Shown here: positions 29,111 through 38,679 of the stretch, in pieces
Position numbering within the stretch: position 1 is the stretch's first letter
Layout: each line of letters starts with the position of its first letter
Virus record (IMG/VR): IMGVR_UViG_3300029939_000002
DNA: 57,212 nucleotides
Source of the DNA: an uncultured virus (IMG/VR IMGVR_UViG_3300029939_000002)
Lineage: Duplodnaviria; Heunggongvirae; Uroviricota; Caudoviricetes
Reading direction: 5' to 3' (one strand)
The notes under the pieces: generated by a model
Database searches by the model: none
What the model saw: only the letters and a program-made list of their open reading frames with translations
What the model was told of the DNA's origin: nothing
Program-made: the position numbers and the translations under genes

Positions 29111-29118
29111 TTAATATA
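29111..29118 (-). promoter_or_regulatory. Early promoter variant heading the RNA island
   Basis: ATATATATTAA. Confidence 0.6.
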
Positions 29119-29149
29119 TATGTATAAATATTTTGAAACTTATTTAACA

Positions 29150-29239
29150 TGGCGGATGGGGTGGGATTCGAACCCACGGTAAGCTCACACCTACGACGGT
29201 TTTCAAGACCGTTGCCTTAAACCACTCGGCCACCCATCC
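29150..29239 (-). tRNA. tRNA-Ser(TGA)
   Basis: ACGGT-CTTGAAA-ACCGT arm, long variable arm, G-CCA end. Confidence 0.95.
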
Positions 29240-29265
29240 TTTTTCCATATCAACTGAGTCAAATA

Positions 29266-29589
29266 TTATTCGATATCGGTATCATTGTAATTGAAAATAA
29301 CGATCCGACGACCATTGATAGCATCACCGATGATCTTTGTTCCTGGAACAAAAGTCACGGCTTCTGCCACAGCATACGATCCGTCAGGACTGCGCTGTTG
29401 CGTTGTCACCTGGACAACACAGCCAACACCAACGATTTCCATAGCTTTGGTCGACTTCATCCAACCCTGTTCCTGGGAACTAGCTTTGCAGATAAGTTGG
29501 AAGGTATCGCCATTACCAAAGACCTTCAGATCGCTGATGTTCTTTTTAGCACCATTGATATCGGTGACGTCCATATTTTTTTCAATCAT
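29266..29589 (-). CDS. Small phage protein (GWMKSTKAMEI.GVGCVVQVTTQQ type)
   Basis: 107 aa, GGAG SD, GC-richer codons. Confidence 0.8.
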   Translation of the reverse strand: MIEKNMDVTDINGAKKNISDLKVFGNGDTFQLICKASSQEQGWMKSTKAMEIVGVGCVVQVTTQQRSPDGSYAVAEAVTFVPGTKIIGDAINGRRIVIFNYNDTDIE

Positions 29590-29628
29590 TTTTCGACTCC
29601 ATTTTCACAAACATATAATAAATACTAT

Positions 29629-30066
29629 CTATATTTTTTTATTTCTCATAGCACGACGAGGCCTTTTATATCTTTCGATATTAATAATATTATCATCTGG
29701 AAGCTTTGCCATAGATCTAATAATAGTATCAACAGTAGGCATCATAGCAGATGAATCAGTTATATCTTTGAGTTCTGGATGTTCTTTAAGATATTGATTT
29801 GTATTTTCAATATATCTATTAAGATCTTCATTTGTATAATAAAGACCAGTATATTTAGGATCAGTTAATTTACCATCAGAACCATATGCTCTACCGGTCT
29901 TTAATGCGAATCCTTTTTTAAGAGCATTATCCATGTAAGAAACAACTTCATGTAATTCACAATTAATATACCATTTTAAATTATCAGTTTCACCAGCTCT
30001 AAATCCTTCATCGGATGGTGCTGTAAATGGAAGAGTATCAAAAGTATATTCAAAATCTTTATCCAT
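29629..30066 (-). CDS. Hypothetical protein
   Basis: 145-aa ORF with AGGAG SD. Confidence 0.7.
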   Translation of the reverse strand: MDKDFEYTFDTLPFTAPSDEGFRAGETDNLKWYINCELHEVVSYMDNALKKGFALKTGRAYGSDGKLTDPKYTGLYYTNEDLNRYIENTNQYLKEHPELKDITDSSAMMPTVDTIIRSMAKLPDDNIINIERYKRPRRAMRNKKI

Positions 30067-30082
30067 AAAGATGCTCCTTTTT

Positions 30083-32197
30083 CTAAGCCCTTAATTTCAA
30101 CATAAGATTATAAAAAGATTTATTTTGATAATAGTGAGCATTTGTATTGAATTCATAATTTTCATTCGCTGCAACTTTATGAGCCAATTTCTTGATTTCA
30201 TCACTTGAAATATTATTATTATCATTAATAGCTGTAATGAATATATCTTCATCTTTAGTCATTTCATTATTAGTATGTCCCATGAGATCATAAACAGAAG
30301 ATCTACTCCATTCGAGAATTTCTTCAAGTCTTGTAGCTAGATTGGCTTCTTTAGTATTGAGTAATAGTTTATAAACATAAACTTGAGTATCTTGTCCAAG
30401 TCTAAATGCTCGCGCAATAGCTTGTTCCATTTCATAATCTCTAAATGGAAGATTAAAGAAAATAATAATATTTGCAACAATGAGAGTTATGCCAGTAGAC
30501 ATAGATTGTATTGTTGCTAATAATGGATTTACTGTTTTGTCTGATTTAAATTTATCTATGATATTACCAAGATCTGCATTCGTATCACCATAAACACAAA
30601 GAGGATTAAACCCGGCTTCTTTAAAATATCTTTCACCTTCTTTAATAGCATCAACATAATTACTAAAACATATAGTTTTCTTTTCAGCATTTTTAACAAT
30701 TTCATCAAGGCCTGCATGTCTAATAAGTTCTTTGTGTAGCTCTACTCTTTTCCTACCTATTTCTGCTAACCATTCTCCCATAACAACCATCTTAACATAT
30801 TTAACAACTGATTTAGATTTAATAAACTTATCTTTTATATCCTTAGGTAGATTGGGTATAATCTTAGTCTTTTCATAAGTATTACAATAAATAGACATGA
30901 AACCCATGGTAATAGGATCGTATCCTTTCTTTATCTTATTAATATAATCGAGATATACATTAAACTCATGAAGATCTTCTTTCGATTTTAATGTTCTTTC
31001 GTGATCTCTTATAACCGATATAAATAGTTTTTCATGTACATCCATCTCTTTATCATATTTTGTCATTTTATCTATAAAGAATTTCTTACACTCTATTTTT
31101 AAAAACGGTAAAGTATATTTGTCACTATCTGGTAATGTAATAGAAATAGTTTTTTCAATGGGTTTTTCAGATCCCATAATAGCAGACTTAGGAATTGTAT
31201 GTGAAACTAATGATATTCTATTCTGTAAGATATGGGCAGCAGATCCTGCCGATCTACTATAGATTTTTAAGAACCTATCTTTAGCATAATCATCAAATAA
31301 CGGATCTGTAACTTGTAACAATGGCACAACTTCTCTACCAAGTGCTTTCAGTGGAGTACCAGATGCCGGAACGATGTTTTGTGCATTTGATGCTTCACAA
31401 CATTCAATATAAATATTGGTTCTCATAGAACCTAATTCATTAAGATTATGACACTCATCTATACCAATAAACACTGAAGGATATTTATGTTTATGAAAGA
31501 ATTGTAATAGTTTACCAATAGCTTCATAATGAATAAAATACCAATCATAACCAGGAACGATTTCATCTTGTTCATCTGACCTAAATACTTTCAACTTATT
31601 CTTCTTACCAAAAGACTTTGGAAGTTCTTCATCGACCCATACTTTTGAAATCGTATGTTTTGGACAAATAATAACTTTGAATTTAGCTTCTGAACATAAA
31701 CCCATAGCAAGTAACATACCAGATTTACCACTACCAGTCGCTGCATCCAGTAAGAAACCTCTTAATTTTAACTTAGGAATCTTTAAATTATATTCTTTTA
31801 ATGCTTCCAATTGAATAGGAAGTAATGGCCTAGACAATTCAGACAATCTACTTAGATTTAAAGGTACTGATTTTGGTGGCTCAAAAGCAGACTTATACCA
31901 AGTATGTAATTCTATTTGTTTTAAGAGATCCTTAATGTGTGATCTAGTTGTATATATATGCCCTTTTGTCAGCAAGATCTTAGTTAATATATAGTAGAGA
32001 TCTGGTATAAAAAACTTATGAATAACAAATTTATTATATGTTGCTTTATGTAACATATATTTTTCAATAAGTGGAGACCCTAATGTCTTAACAAAATCTC
32101 GTCTTAAATTATTTGATTGTATATTCGAAAGAGTAACAAATTTAGAACCTGGAGTTTCTTCTACTTTTATAGAAAAAATATTTAGGATAGAAAACAT
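30083..32197 (-). CDS. Superfamily 2 (DExH, SNF2-like) helicase
   Basis: DAATGSGKS, IDECHN, SGT, STGITL and QAIARAFRLGQ motifs; GGAGGA SD before ATG 32197. Confidence 0.9.
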   Translation of the reverse strand: MFSILNIFSIKVEETPGSKFVTLSNIQSNNLRRDFVKTLGSPLIEKYMLHKATYNKFVIHKFFIPDLYYILTKILLTKGHIYTTRSHIKDLLKQIELHTWYKSAFEPPKSVPLNLSRLSELSRPLLPIQLEALKEYNLKIPKLKLRGFLLDAATGSGKSGMLLAMGLCSEAKFKVIICPKHTISKVWVDEELPKSFGKKNKLKVFRSDEQDEIVPGYDWYFIHYEAIGKLLQFFHKHKYPSVFIGIDECHNLNELGSMRTNIYIECCEASNAQNIVPASGTPLKALGREVVPLLQVTDPLFDDYAKDRFLKIYSRSAGSAAHILQNRISLVSHTIPKSAIMGSEKPIEKTISITLPDSDKYTLPFLKIECKKFFIDKMTKYDKEMDVHEKLFISVIRDHERTLKSKEDLHEFNVYLDYINKIKKGYDPITMGFMSIYCNTYEKTKIIPNLPKDIKDKFIKSKSVVKYVKMVVMGEWLAEIGRKRVELHKELIRHAGLDEIVKNAEKKTICFSNYVDAIKEGERYFKEAGFNPLCVYGDTNADLGNIIDKFKSDKTVNPLLATIQSMSTGITLIVANIIIFFNLPFRDYEMEQAIARAFRLGQDTQVYVYKLLLNTKEANLATRLEEILEWSRSSVYDLMGHTNNEMTKDEDIFITAINDNNNISSDEIKKLAHKVAANENYEFNTNAHYYQNKSFYNLMLKLRA

Positions 32198-32262
32198 GTA
32201 TCCTCCTAATAAAAAGAATCTATACAATGTTTTAAGGGGGAATATTATTCCCCCTTATATTC

Positions 32263-32775
32263 TTATGATTCTATTATTTCATAGCCATACGGTCGCCATT
32301 CCGATTCTTTAAATTCTCCATTGAGAAAAGGTTCGTATGTTAAAACAGAATAACCACCAGGTTTGCTTCTATCTTTATCGAATTGTAAACCAATAACCAT
32401 GTGAGCAAAATGAGGACATATTTCAACACCATAGTAAAACAGTCCACTACACTGCCCACGATAGTCCATGTTTTATCAAAATAAATAGGAGTTTTATCAA
32501 AACAATGCTCAAAAACATCCATATTTTTAAATACATTCCAACCATGAAGTCTTGCTTTCTCTAAAGGATTTTCAACAAAATTACTACCTACTAATCCTTC
32601 GATGTAACCGACATCTTCAAAATTTAAAATAGCATATGTTAGTGAGTTCGAGAAACACGCTTTTCGTTTTCCTCGTTCAACTATCTTTCTTGTAATGGGA
32701 CTTATTCTATTAAACTTACCATACTTTTTTTAAGAAAGCAGTGACTTTTTCACGATCAAATTGAATATCAGACAT
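32263..32775 (-). pseudogene. Doubly frameshifted ~170-codon gene with a Cys-His-Asp (papain/transglutaminase-like) pattern
   Basis: MSDIQ... start with GAGGA SD; an extra A in an A7 run (32725-32731) and a missing base near 32467 split the CFSNS..YIEG..HGW..DKTW..YYGV sequence across two frames. Confidence 0.65.
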
Positions 32776-32870
32776 TTTTCATCCTCATGTATTTACTTTG
32801 TTTAAGTAATATATCGGTAATACAATAATGAAATATGGAGGTGTGGGCTATTGCCCACACCTCCATCCAA

Positions 32871-33482
32871 TTAACGCCAGTCAATATCCATAATGCTTCT
32901 AATATTGAAATTGTTTCTATAAATTTCTTCATATACACCAAGTGCCCATTTAGCATCAGTAAGAGCATTATGAAGATTTCCATAATTACTTACAGGAGCA
33001 AAGTCTTTTTTAACTTTACCAACAAGCGGTATAAAGAATGCTAGATCTTTAAATGTATAAGGAAGAGTAGAAGGAATATTATCAAAGTCTCCAAAAATAG
33101 ATTTAAAAGCAACAATGTCATACGCCGTACAATATCCAATAAACTGTTGTTTTACACCAATAAATTCTTTAATAGTTTCTCTAAATATTTTTTGTTTATT
33201 TTCCATGTCAATGGTCATATGTCTAAAATTAATAGTAGGAGCTTCTTCAAACAAATATGGAGCTACTTGCTCATGAACAAAATGACCTTCAGGAATATTA
33301 TTCAAGATATCTTCATAATTAGGAACAACAAGATAAAGTGTTTTTCTATCTTCTTGTCTTTGCATCCCAATGGATAATAATTTTACAGTACCTTTCCCAT
33401 CTTCATAAAACTCAGTATCTATAGCAATATTGTATCTATTCGGCATCACTATCTTCCTGTATATGCATTCCTGCTTTATCAT
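32871..33482 (-). CDS. DEDDh 3'-5' exoribonuclease (Rv2179c-like)
   Basis: IDTEFYED, LLSIG, AYD and HNALTDA motifs. Confidence 0.85.
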   Translation of the reverse strand: MIKQECIYRKIVMPNRYNIAIDTEFYEDGKGTVKLLSIGMQRQEDRKTLYLVVPNYEDILNNIPEGHFVHEQVAPYLFEEAPTINFRHMTIDMENKQKIFRETIKEFIGVKQQFIGYCTAYDIVAFKSIFGDFDNIPSTLPYTFKDLAFFIPLVGKVKKDFAPVSNYGNLHNALTDAKWALGVYEEIYRNNFNIRSIMDIDWR

Positions 33483-33858
33483 TTAAGAAAACAGCTGCTG
33501 CTTTTAGAGTATTAAAAATCCTACCACCATTTCCTTTAATAAGGTTAATAGTAGCACGTAAAGAACGTACATTAAATTCATCAAATTTCTTATCATTGTA
33601 ATTATCTAATACGCAAAACATAAGTCTATCTGGATTCTTATTGCTGAAATCAACAGCTTCTGCTATTGAATAACAACCTTGCATTTCTGGAGTAATAACA
33701 AACAATAAGTAATCACATTCTTCTTTAGCTTCTAATTCTTTTCGATATGCTTCATTTGTCCAGTCATTAACGATAGGATGAAAATAATCTATCTTCAAGA
33801 GTGGAATAATTTTATTACGCCAATTTGAACAAGATGTTCCTCCAAGAAAAACTTTCAT
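33436..33858 (-). CDS. Nucleoside 2-deoxyribosyltransferase-like protein
   Basis: KVFLGGT...WR, F.P.V.DW, E...C, SIAE. Confidence 0.8.
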   Translation of the reverse strand: MKVFLGGTSCSNWRNKIIPLLKIDYFHPIVNDWTNEAYRKELEAKEECDYLLFVITPEMQGCYSIAEAVDFSNKNPDRLMFCVLDNYNDKKFDEFNVRSLRATINLIKGNGGRIFNTLKAAAVFLNDKAGMHIQEDSDAE

Positions 33859-33861
33859 AGA

Positions 33862-34314
33862 TTACATACCAGTCAGATTAGCATAGTTTATTGTAATAAC
33901 AATACATAACATACCATCAGGACCATAACCAACAACCACCTTTGTTTTATCAGGATCTCTACTAAATTCTTTATTAAGTTCGTGGTACAACTTAATAAAA
34001 TATGTCATAGGCGCATTTACAAAAGTCTTATCAATATTAAGTAACTGATTTTTGGATAATTCTTGCTGAATCATATTGGTAAACATAACATACGGAATAA
34101 TAGTTCTATTAGATAATGAATTTAAAACACCGTTTACGATTTCACGAGAAACAGTCCGTTTAATAAAATCAATAATTGCAGGACTAATGATCTTAAAATT
34201 AGTATCATTCTCATCAGAAATCATATTATTAAAATTATCAAATGCGTTCTTAATAACATTCGACATTCCGTCAAAAGACAAGACGTTGTTGTTGTTGGCT
34301 ACTATATTGCTCAT
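33862..34314 (-). CDS. Hypothetical protein
   Basis: 150-aa ORF. Confidence 0.65.
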   Translation of the reverse strand: MSNIVANNNNVLSFDGMSNVIKNAFDNFNNMISDENDTNFKIISPAIIDFIKRTVSREIVNGVLNSLSNRTIIPYVMFTNMIQQELSKNQLLNIDKTFVNAPMTYFIKLYHELNKEFSRDPDKTKVVVGYGPDGMLCIVITINYANLTGM

Positions 34315-34340
34315 GTTTTCTCTTCCGTGTTTCCTGGAGT

Positions 34341-34721
34341 TTATAAAATAGACAAATAATCCAATTCTTTAATCCTTATTAATATAATAAGTTTATTATC
34401 CATATGTGTTAAAGTAGTAATAAATTCATTACTTGCTTTTAGTTCTTTATAGAAATTGATGAAATATATAATACTATCTCTAATATTTATATTATCTGAT
34501 TGTCTATGATTATCTAAGCCATCATTAAATTCTTTAAATTCAATCTTATAAAAATTACCTAGATGTGTTTTAAAATGAGTTAATATTGTATCATAAAACA
34601 AACTAGTAATATAAACATAATTAATATCATTCTTAGTGCTAGTGTCTTTTGTTTCTAATAATGTTGTTATAAAACTTGATAGATCATTAATAATATCAAC
34701 AAATTCTTTATGTGTTGTCAT
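34341..34721 (-). CDS. Hypothetical protein
   Basis: 126-aa ORF. Confidence 0.6.
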   Translation of the reverse strand: MTTHKEFVDIINDLSSFITTLLETKDTSTKNDINYVYITSLFYDTILTHFKTHLGNFYKIEFKEFNDGLDNHRQSDNINIRDSIIYFINFYKELKASNEFITTLTHMDNKLIILIRIKELDYLSIL

Positions 34722-34781
34722 ATATCTATACCTTTTCTTCTACTACATTTCGTATAATGTTTAAATTATTTAATATGTAAT

Positions 34782-35543
34782 TTAAATATAACTTCCTTTT
34801 ACTATCGTCTTAGCAATGGCCAAAGCATTATCAAAATAATAATACCAACTTCTTTCAAGATTACATCTGTAGAGTTCATATACTGCAAAATGATGCGCTC
34901 TAGCATATTTAGATTTATCTGAAGATTCATATTTCTTAGTAACATTTTCAAAATCAGATTTTAAATTAATAAGAGATGTCAATATATTTTTATAATTTCC
35001 ATCAGTAATTTTAGAAATAAATAATTTTGAATATCCTAAAGAGGTATAGGTAACATCTTTACCAGAAGATACTTTATTGATTTTATCATTAGGAACAATG
35101 ATGTAATATCGTCCATGATCTTTTTCAACAGAAGTAAACATCTTAAGATTTATATTCTTTATTTTATCAATTAACTTTTTCAAATCTTCTTCACTTTTAG
35201 AAATAGGCATATTTAAAATACTTTTTGTAATATTTACTAACTTAAATGATTCTTGTAATCCAGATAATAGATCATTACATTTTAATGTATTTTTCTTTGT
35301 TTTCAATAACTTGAATTTTTCTTCACTAAATTGTTTTTTCGACATATTTGATTCTATTTCTTCAATAAAATTATCAATGTGTTTTAGGATATGATTTGAT
35401 CTTTCAATATGTCCAGATAAATGTGTGTTTGTTGTTTCTATATAAGATTCAGTACCAAATACATCAATGTCACTAGGTTGTATGTAATTTATATTTGTCT
35501 TTTCTAACTCACATGTGTGATATATAAGAGACCTATTAAACAT
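34782..35543 (-). CDS. Putative virion protein distantly related to 10344-11360
   Basis: GTE site; shared TYTSLGYS / TWNSFGYS and K.YAR.H segments. Confidence 0.55.
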   Translation of the reverse strand: MFNRSLIYHTCELEKTNINYIQPSDIDVFGTESYIETTNTHLSGHIERSNHILKHIDNFIEEIESNMSKKQFSEEKFKLLKTKKNTLKCNDLLSGLQESFKLVNITKSILNMPISKSEEDLKKLIDKIKNINLKMFTSVEKDHGRYYIIVPNDKINKVSSGKDVTYTSLGYSKLFISKITDGNYKNILTSLINLKSDFENVTKKYESSDKSKYARAHHFAVYELYRCNLERSWYYYFDNALAIAKTIVKGSYI

Positions 35544-35630
35544 GACAGTTTCCTCATACGACTAAAACTATAAAATGATAAAAAATATAACAAGAGACGC
35601 CCCATACGGCGTCTCTTGTTATATCCACGC

Positions 35631-36485
35631 CTAAAGTAATTTATATCTTTCACAGACATCTTTTCTTCTACCATATTTTACTCTAACTTTTCTAATATCA
35701 TTTGCATAATGTTCAGTTTGATATGCTTCGTATTGTTCTTTTGTAAAATCTAATTCATAATGAAAAACTTCTGCAACATATACAAGTGGTACTTTCTTAA
35801 CAAAATGCATATGATAAATAATGATCTGTCTAAGAGAATTTGGTGATGGTGTTTCATATGGTATATCTGTAACACATACAAGATCATCAGATACATAATG
35901 TACTATTTTCTTAGTAGCTTTTCTTTCTCTAACAAGTCTATTAAGAGTTATTTTTGTTTCTTTAACCGGAGTAGGGAATATTTGATAATCTTTATATGTT
36001 TTACCACGTAACATAGATTCAACACCAGATTTCTTTAATACATCACTTAAAACTAGAGTAATTTCACCAAGAGACATAGTTCCTTCACTATATGCCTTTC
36101 TATATCTAAGAACTTGTTCTTCTGTCAAAGCTCTTTTCTTCGTTACACCAGAATCATTATCTAAAAACATATATCTATATCTAAAATCATTCTTTTCAGT
36201 ACTGTGTGTTAAAATAACTTTATTGTCCGGTGGAGGATTCATATCGTTATAATGCATCCAGACAACCAATCTTTTAGGAAACTTTATTTTTCCAATACCA
36301 TCTTTACTATAAGAAAATGTCATATATGCCGACGAAGATCCAAAAGATTTATAGACTTTGTGAGTTCTAAGATTATGAATATTATCGTCTCTATCGACAC
36401 ACAATTCTCCATAAGTAAAAAGTTCTCTAATAATTTCTACAATTTTGTTTTGAGAAATTTTAGTAGATTCATACATCTCTGACAT
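35631..36485 (-). CDS. Degenerate HNH-endonuclease-like DNA-binding protein
   Basis: KRLVVWMHY...PP...I...K.D.R in the HNH position, followed by an LTEEQV..R...I..G..Y helical module; canonical His/Asn ligands not evident. Confidence 0.5.
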   Translation of the reverse strand: MSEMYESTKISQNKIVEIIRELFTYGELCVDRDDNIHNLRTHKVYKSFGSSSAYMTFSYSKDGIGKIKFPKRLVVWMHYNDMNPPPDNKVILTHSTEKNDFRYRYMFLDNDSGVTKKRALTEEQVLRYRKAYSEGTMSLGEITLVLSDVLKKSGVESMLRGKTYKDYQIFPTPVKETKITLNRLVRERKATKKIVHYVSDDLVCVTDIPYETPSPNSLRQIIIYHMHFVKKVPLVYVAEVFHYELDFTKEQYEAYQTEHYANDIRKVRVKYGRRKDVCERYKLL

Positions 36486-36489
36486 ATCC

Positions 36490-37011
36490 TCAATTTTTCC
36501 TTATATTGAGAGTGTTGTTGATAAAATCAATACCATAAATATCCAACATAGTTAATAATATCAATGCACTACCACGAGGTTCGTGTTTTGAATTAGACCA
36601 TGTTCTAACAGCACTATTATTAATATCAAAATTATACATGTACTTATTTAATTGTATATGAGATAAACTATTATCATTTAATATTTTATTAATAAGATCT
36701 TTAGCATATTTCTTTTTATTCTTATAATTATTAATGACTTTTATAGCATTTTTAACCTTGTCGATGTCATTATAATAAAGTCTATAAATCATATTTAATA
36801 ATATTAAAGTATTATAACAACAATATCGTCTATCGTTTTCCCATTGGCAAATAGAAGTTCTACTCATTCCTAACAACTTAGAAAAATCAGTCTGATCTAA
36901 TTTAAATATTCTTTCTCTCATTGTTTTTATTTGTATGGGTGTAAAATAAATAACAGGTTGATTAATATGACATCCTAAAACAATATCATAGTCAGAAATG
37001 ATAATTGACAT
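36490..37011 (-). CDS. Tandem XRE-type HTH protein (antitoxin/repressor-like)
   Basis: LDQTDFSKLLGMSRTSICQWE and a second AVRTWSN...EPRGSALILL repeat. Confidence 0.75.
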   Translation of the reverse strand: MSIIISDYDIVLGCHINQPVIYFTPIQIKTMRERIFKLDQTDFSKLLGMSRTSICQWENDRRYCCYNTLILLNMIYRLYYNDIDKVKNAIKVINNYKNKKKYAKDLINKILNDNSLSHIQLNKYMYNFDINNSAVRTWSNSKHEPRGSALILLTMLDIYGIDFINNTLNIRKN

Positions 37012-37126
37012 TAGAAATCACCTTTCAGTATTTCTATATCATCTCTTTAAATATTAAATATTTCAAATTTAATAGAAAAAAATAAAAGAGAGGGACTGTA
37101 GTGCACATGCACCACAGTCCCTACCC

Positions 37127-37918
37127 TTAATGAAACCTCCTAGCTCCACCCCATCCACCATAAGAAACACTCCGCTGGTAATAGCCATACGGTACCGTCT
37201 GATAATAGCCATACGGTACCGTCTGAGGATGAATATAGAAGACTCTCTCCTGATGACGAACGGGAGGAGGGGGCTGTAAGGTATAAGTCTGTCGTTCCAC
37301 ATATCCTGGAGGGGGCGCATACACAACCTGAGGCGGTGCGGGACTATATGTGTAAACAACCTTATCCTCGTCAACGATCCGAGGAACACTAACGGCCGTA
37401 GTCTGAGTGTTCTGAGAAACATTGGAAGGTACCTGATTGTCAGCTTGTTTCTTTTGCTGCTCTGCGATTTGCATCTTCAGAGCAGCAACTTCTTCATTCA
37501 GCTTCTTCAACTGATCTGTATTAACAGAAGCAGTAGTAGATGCTTTTTTGATCTCTTCGGGATCAATTCCGACACGAACTACACAGTTCGTAACCTGATG
37601 ACCCGATGGTTCGATCATCATAGACTGGCTTTGAACTTCTGCCAAAACAATACCAGCAGAAATAGAGCTCAGAGACACAGAAGATGATTCTTTGTATCCT
37701 TCTTCTCCTTCGTGTTTCCGATCTTGAAAATTCGAATTCACGAATACACCGGCCTTTTCTATAGCCGACTGTTTGGCATTTTCGATGCAGGCTTTTTGGG
37801 CCTGCGCTTTGGTGTCATTGTCACCGAGAGTATAAGTACCATTCTCGGTGGTATACTGTGTCTCGGCCATTGCAGAACCACAGGCGATCATAAGGATCAG
37901 AGATAGTAATACACGCAT
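37127..37918 (-). CDS. Secreted/periplasmic protein with Pro/Tyr/Gly-rich tail
   Basis: Signal peptide MRVLLSLILMIACGSAMA; A...A...A.EKAGV.V pattern; coiled coil. Confidence 0.75.
   Translation of the reverse strand: MRVLLSLILMIACGSAMAETQYTTENGTYTLGDNDTKAQAQKACIENAKQSAIEKAGVFVNSNFQDRKHEGEEGYKESSSVSLSSISAGIVLAEVQSQSMMIEPSGHQVTNCVVRVGIDPEEIKKASTTASVNTDQLKKLNEEVAALKMQIAEQQKKQADNQVPSNVSQNTQTTAVSVPRIVDEDKVVYTYSPAPPQVVYAPPPGYVERQTYTLQPPPPVRHQERVFYIHPQTVPYGYYQTVPYGYYQRSVSYGGWGGARRFH
37179..37225. repeat. 24-bp-period tandem duplication (QTVPYGYY x2)
   Basis: taatagccatacggtaccgtctg occurs twice. Confidence 0.9.
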
Positions 37919-37950
37919 GATTTACTCCTTCTCTGACCATCTGATCAGAT

Positions 37951-38679
37951 CTAAAGGGCCAATCGCTTCACGGGAGGAAGTGGATCTGCCACAGGAGGTG
38001 GCGGTTCGTTGTTCACAGGACCAGAGATGACCTGGTACTTATTTTTATGAGGAACAAGATGACCAGTATCGGGACTATCGTCACTAGATACTTGAGGCTG
38101 CGCAGCAGGCGGATCATTTTCCGGTTGTTTCGACGCGTCAGGATCTTCATTTTGATGTGCCTCCTTGGCCTTCTGTTCAGTCACTGTATCAGTAGCAGCT
38201 TTGTTGGTATCGACGGTATCGCCGTTGCCAAGTTCGCACTTGACAAGAGCATATACCTTGAAGTTTCCATTCGGCATCGAATAGAACTCAGTCTTAATGA
38301 CTGAGAAAGCTCCGACCATCCGCTTGATGGTCATTGTCGATGCACGATCGGATGTCGAGTTTGCTTTGCGGTGTGTTTCGTCTCCGGTTTCGGAAATATA
38401 CTCACGCTGTTTCGAGGTCATCTCAGAATCCTGCTGACGAGCAAGATCCAAGATGGCATCGTGAATAGCTCGTTCCCGAGCATAGCTGGAAATAGCAGAG
38501 ACGCCACTTCCGATACCGAACACATAACCTTCACCCGTCGGAGGGTTCTTAACCCAATCAGGCATAGCCTGAATGACTTCCTCAGACTTTTCCTGCTTGA
38601 CAGTCTTGGGCGACTCTTGCTGAGCAGCGCAAGCACTTAACGTAATGGCGACCATCACGCTCATGATAATCTTCAACAT
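37951..38679 (-). CDS. LPP20-like lipoprotein
   Basis: Lipobox LSAC; PDWV..PP, G.G......AR..A...A...LA; promoter motif at 38733-38740. Confidence 0.75.
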   Translation of the reverse strand: MLKIIMSVMVAITLSACAAQQESPKTVKQEKSEEVIQAMPDWVKNPPTGEGYVFGIGSGVSAISSYARERAIHDAILDLARQQDSEMTSKQREYISETGDETHRKANSTSDRASTMTIKRMVGAFSVIKTEFYSMPNGNFKVYALVKCELGNGDTVDTNKAATDTVTEQKAKEAHQNEDPDASKQPENDPPAAQPQVSSDDSPDTGHLVPHKNKYQVISGPVNNEPPPPVADPLPPVKRLAL

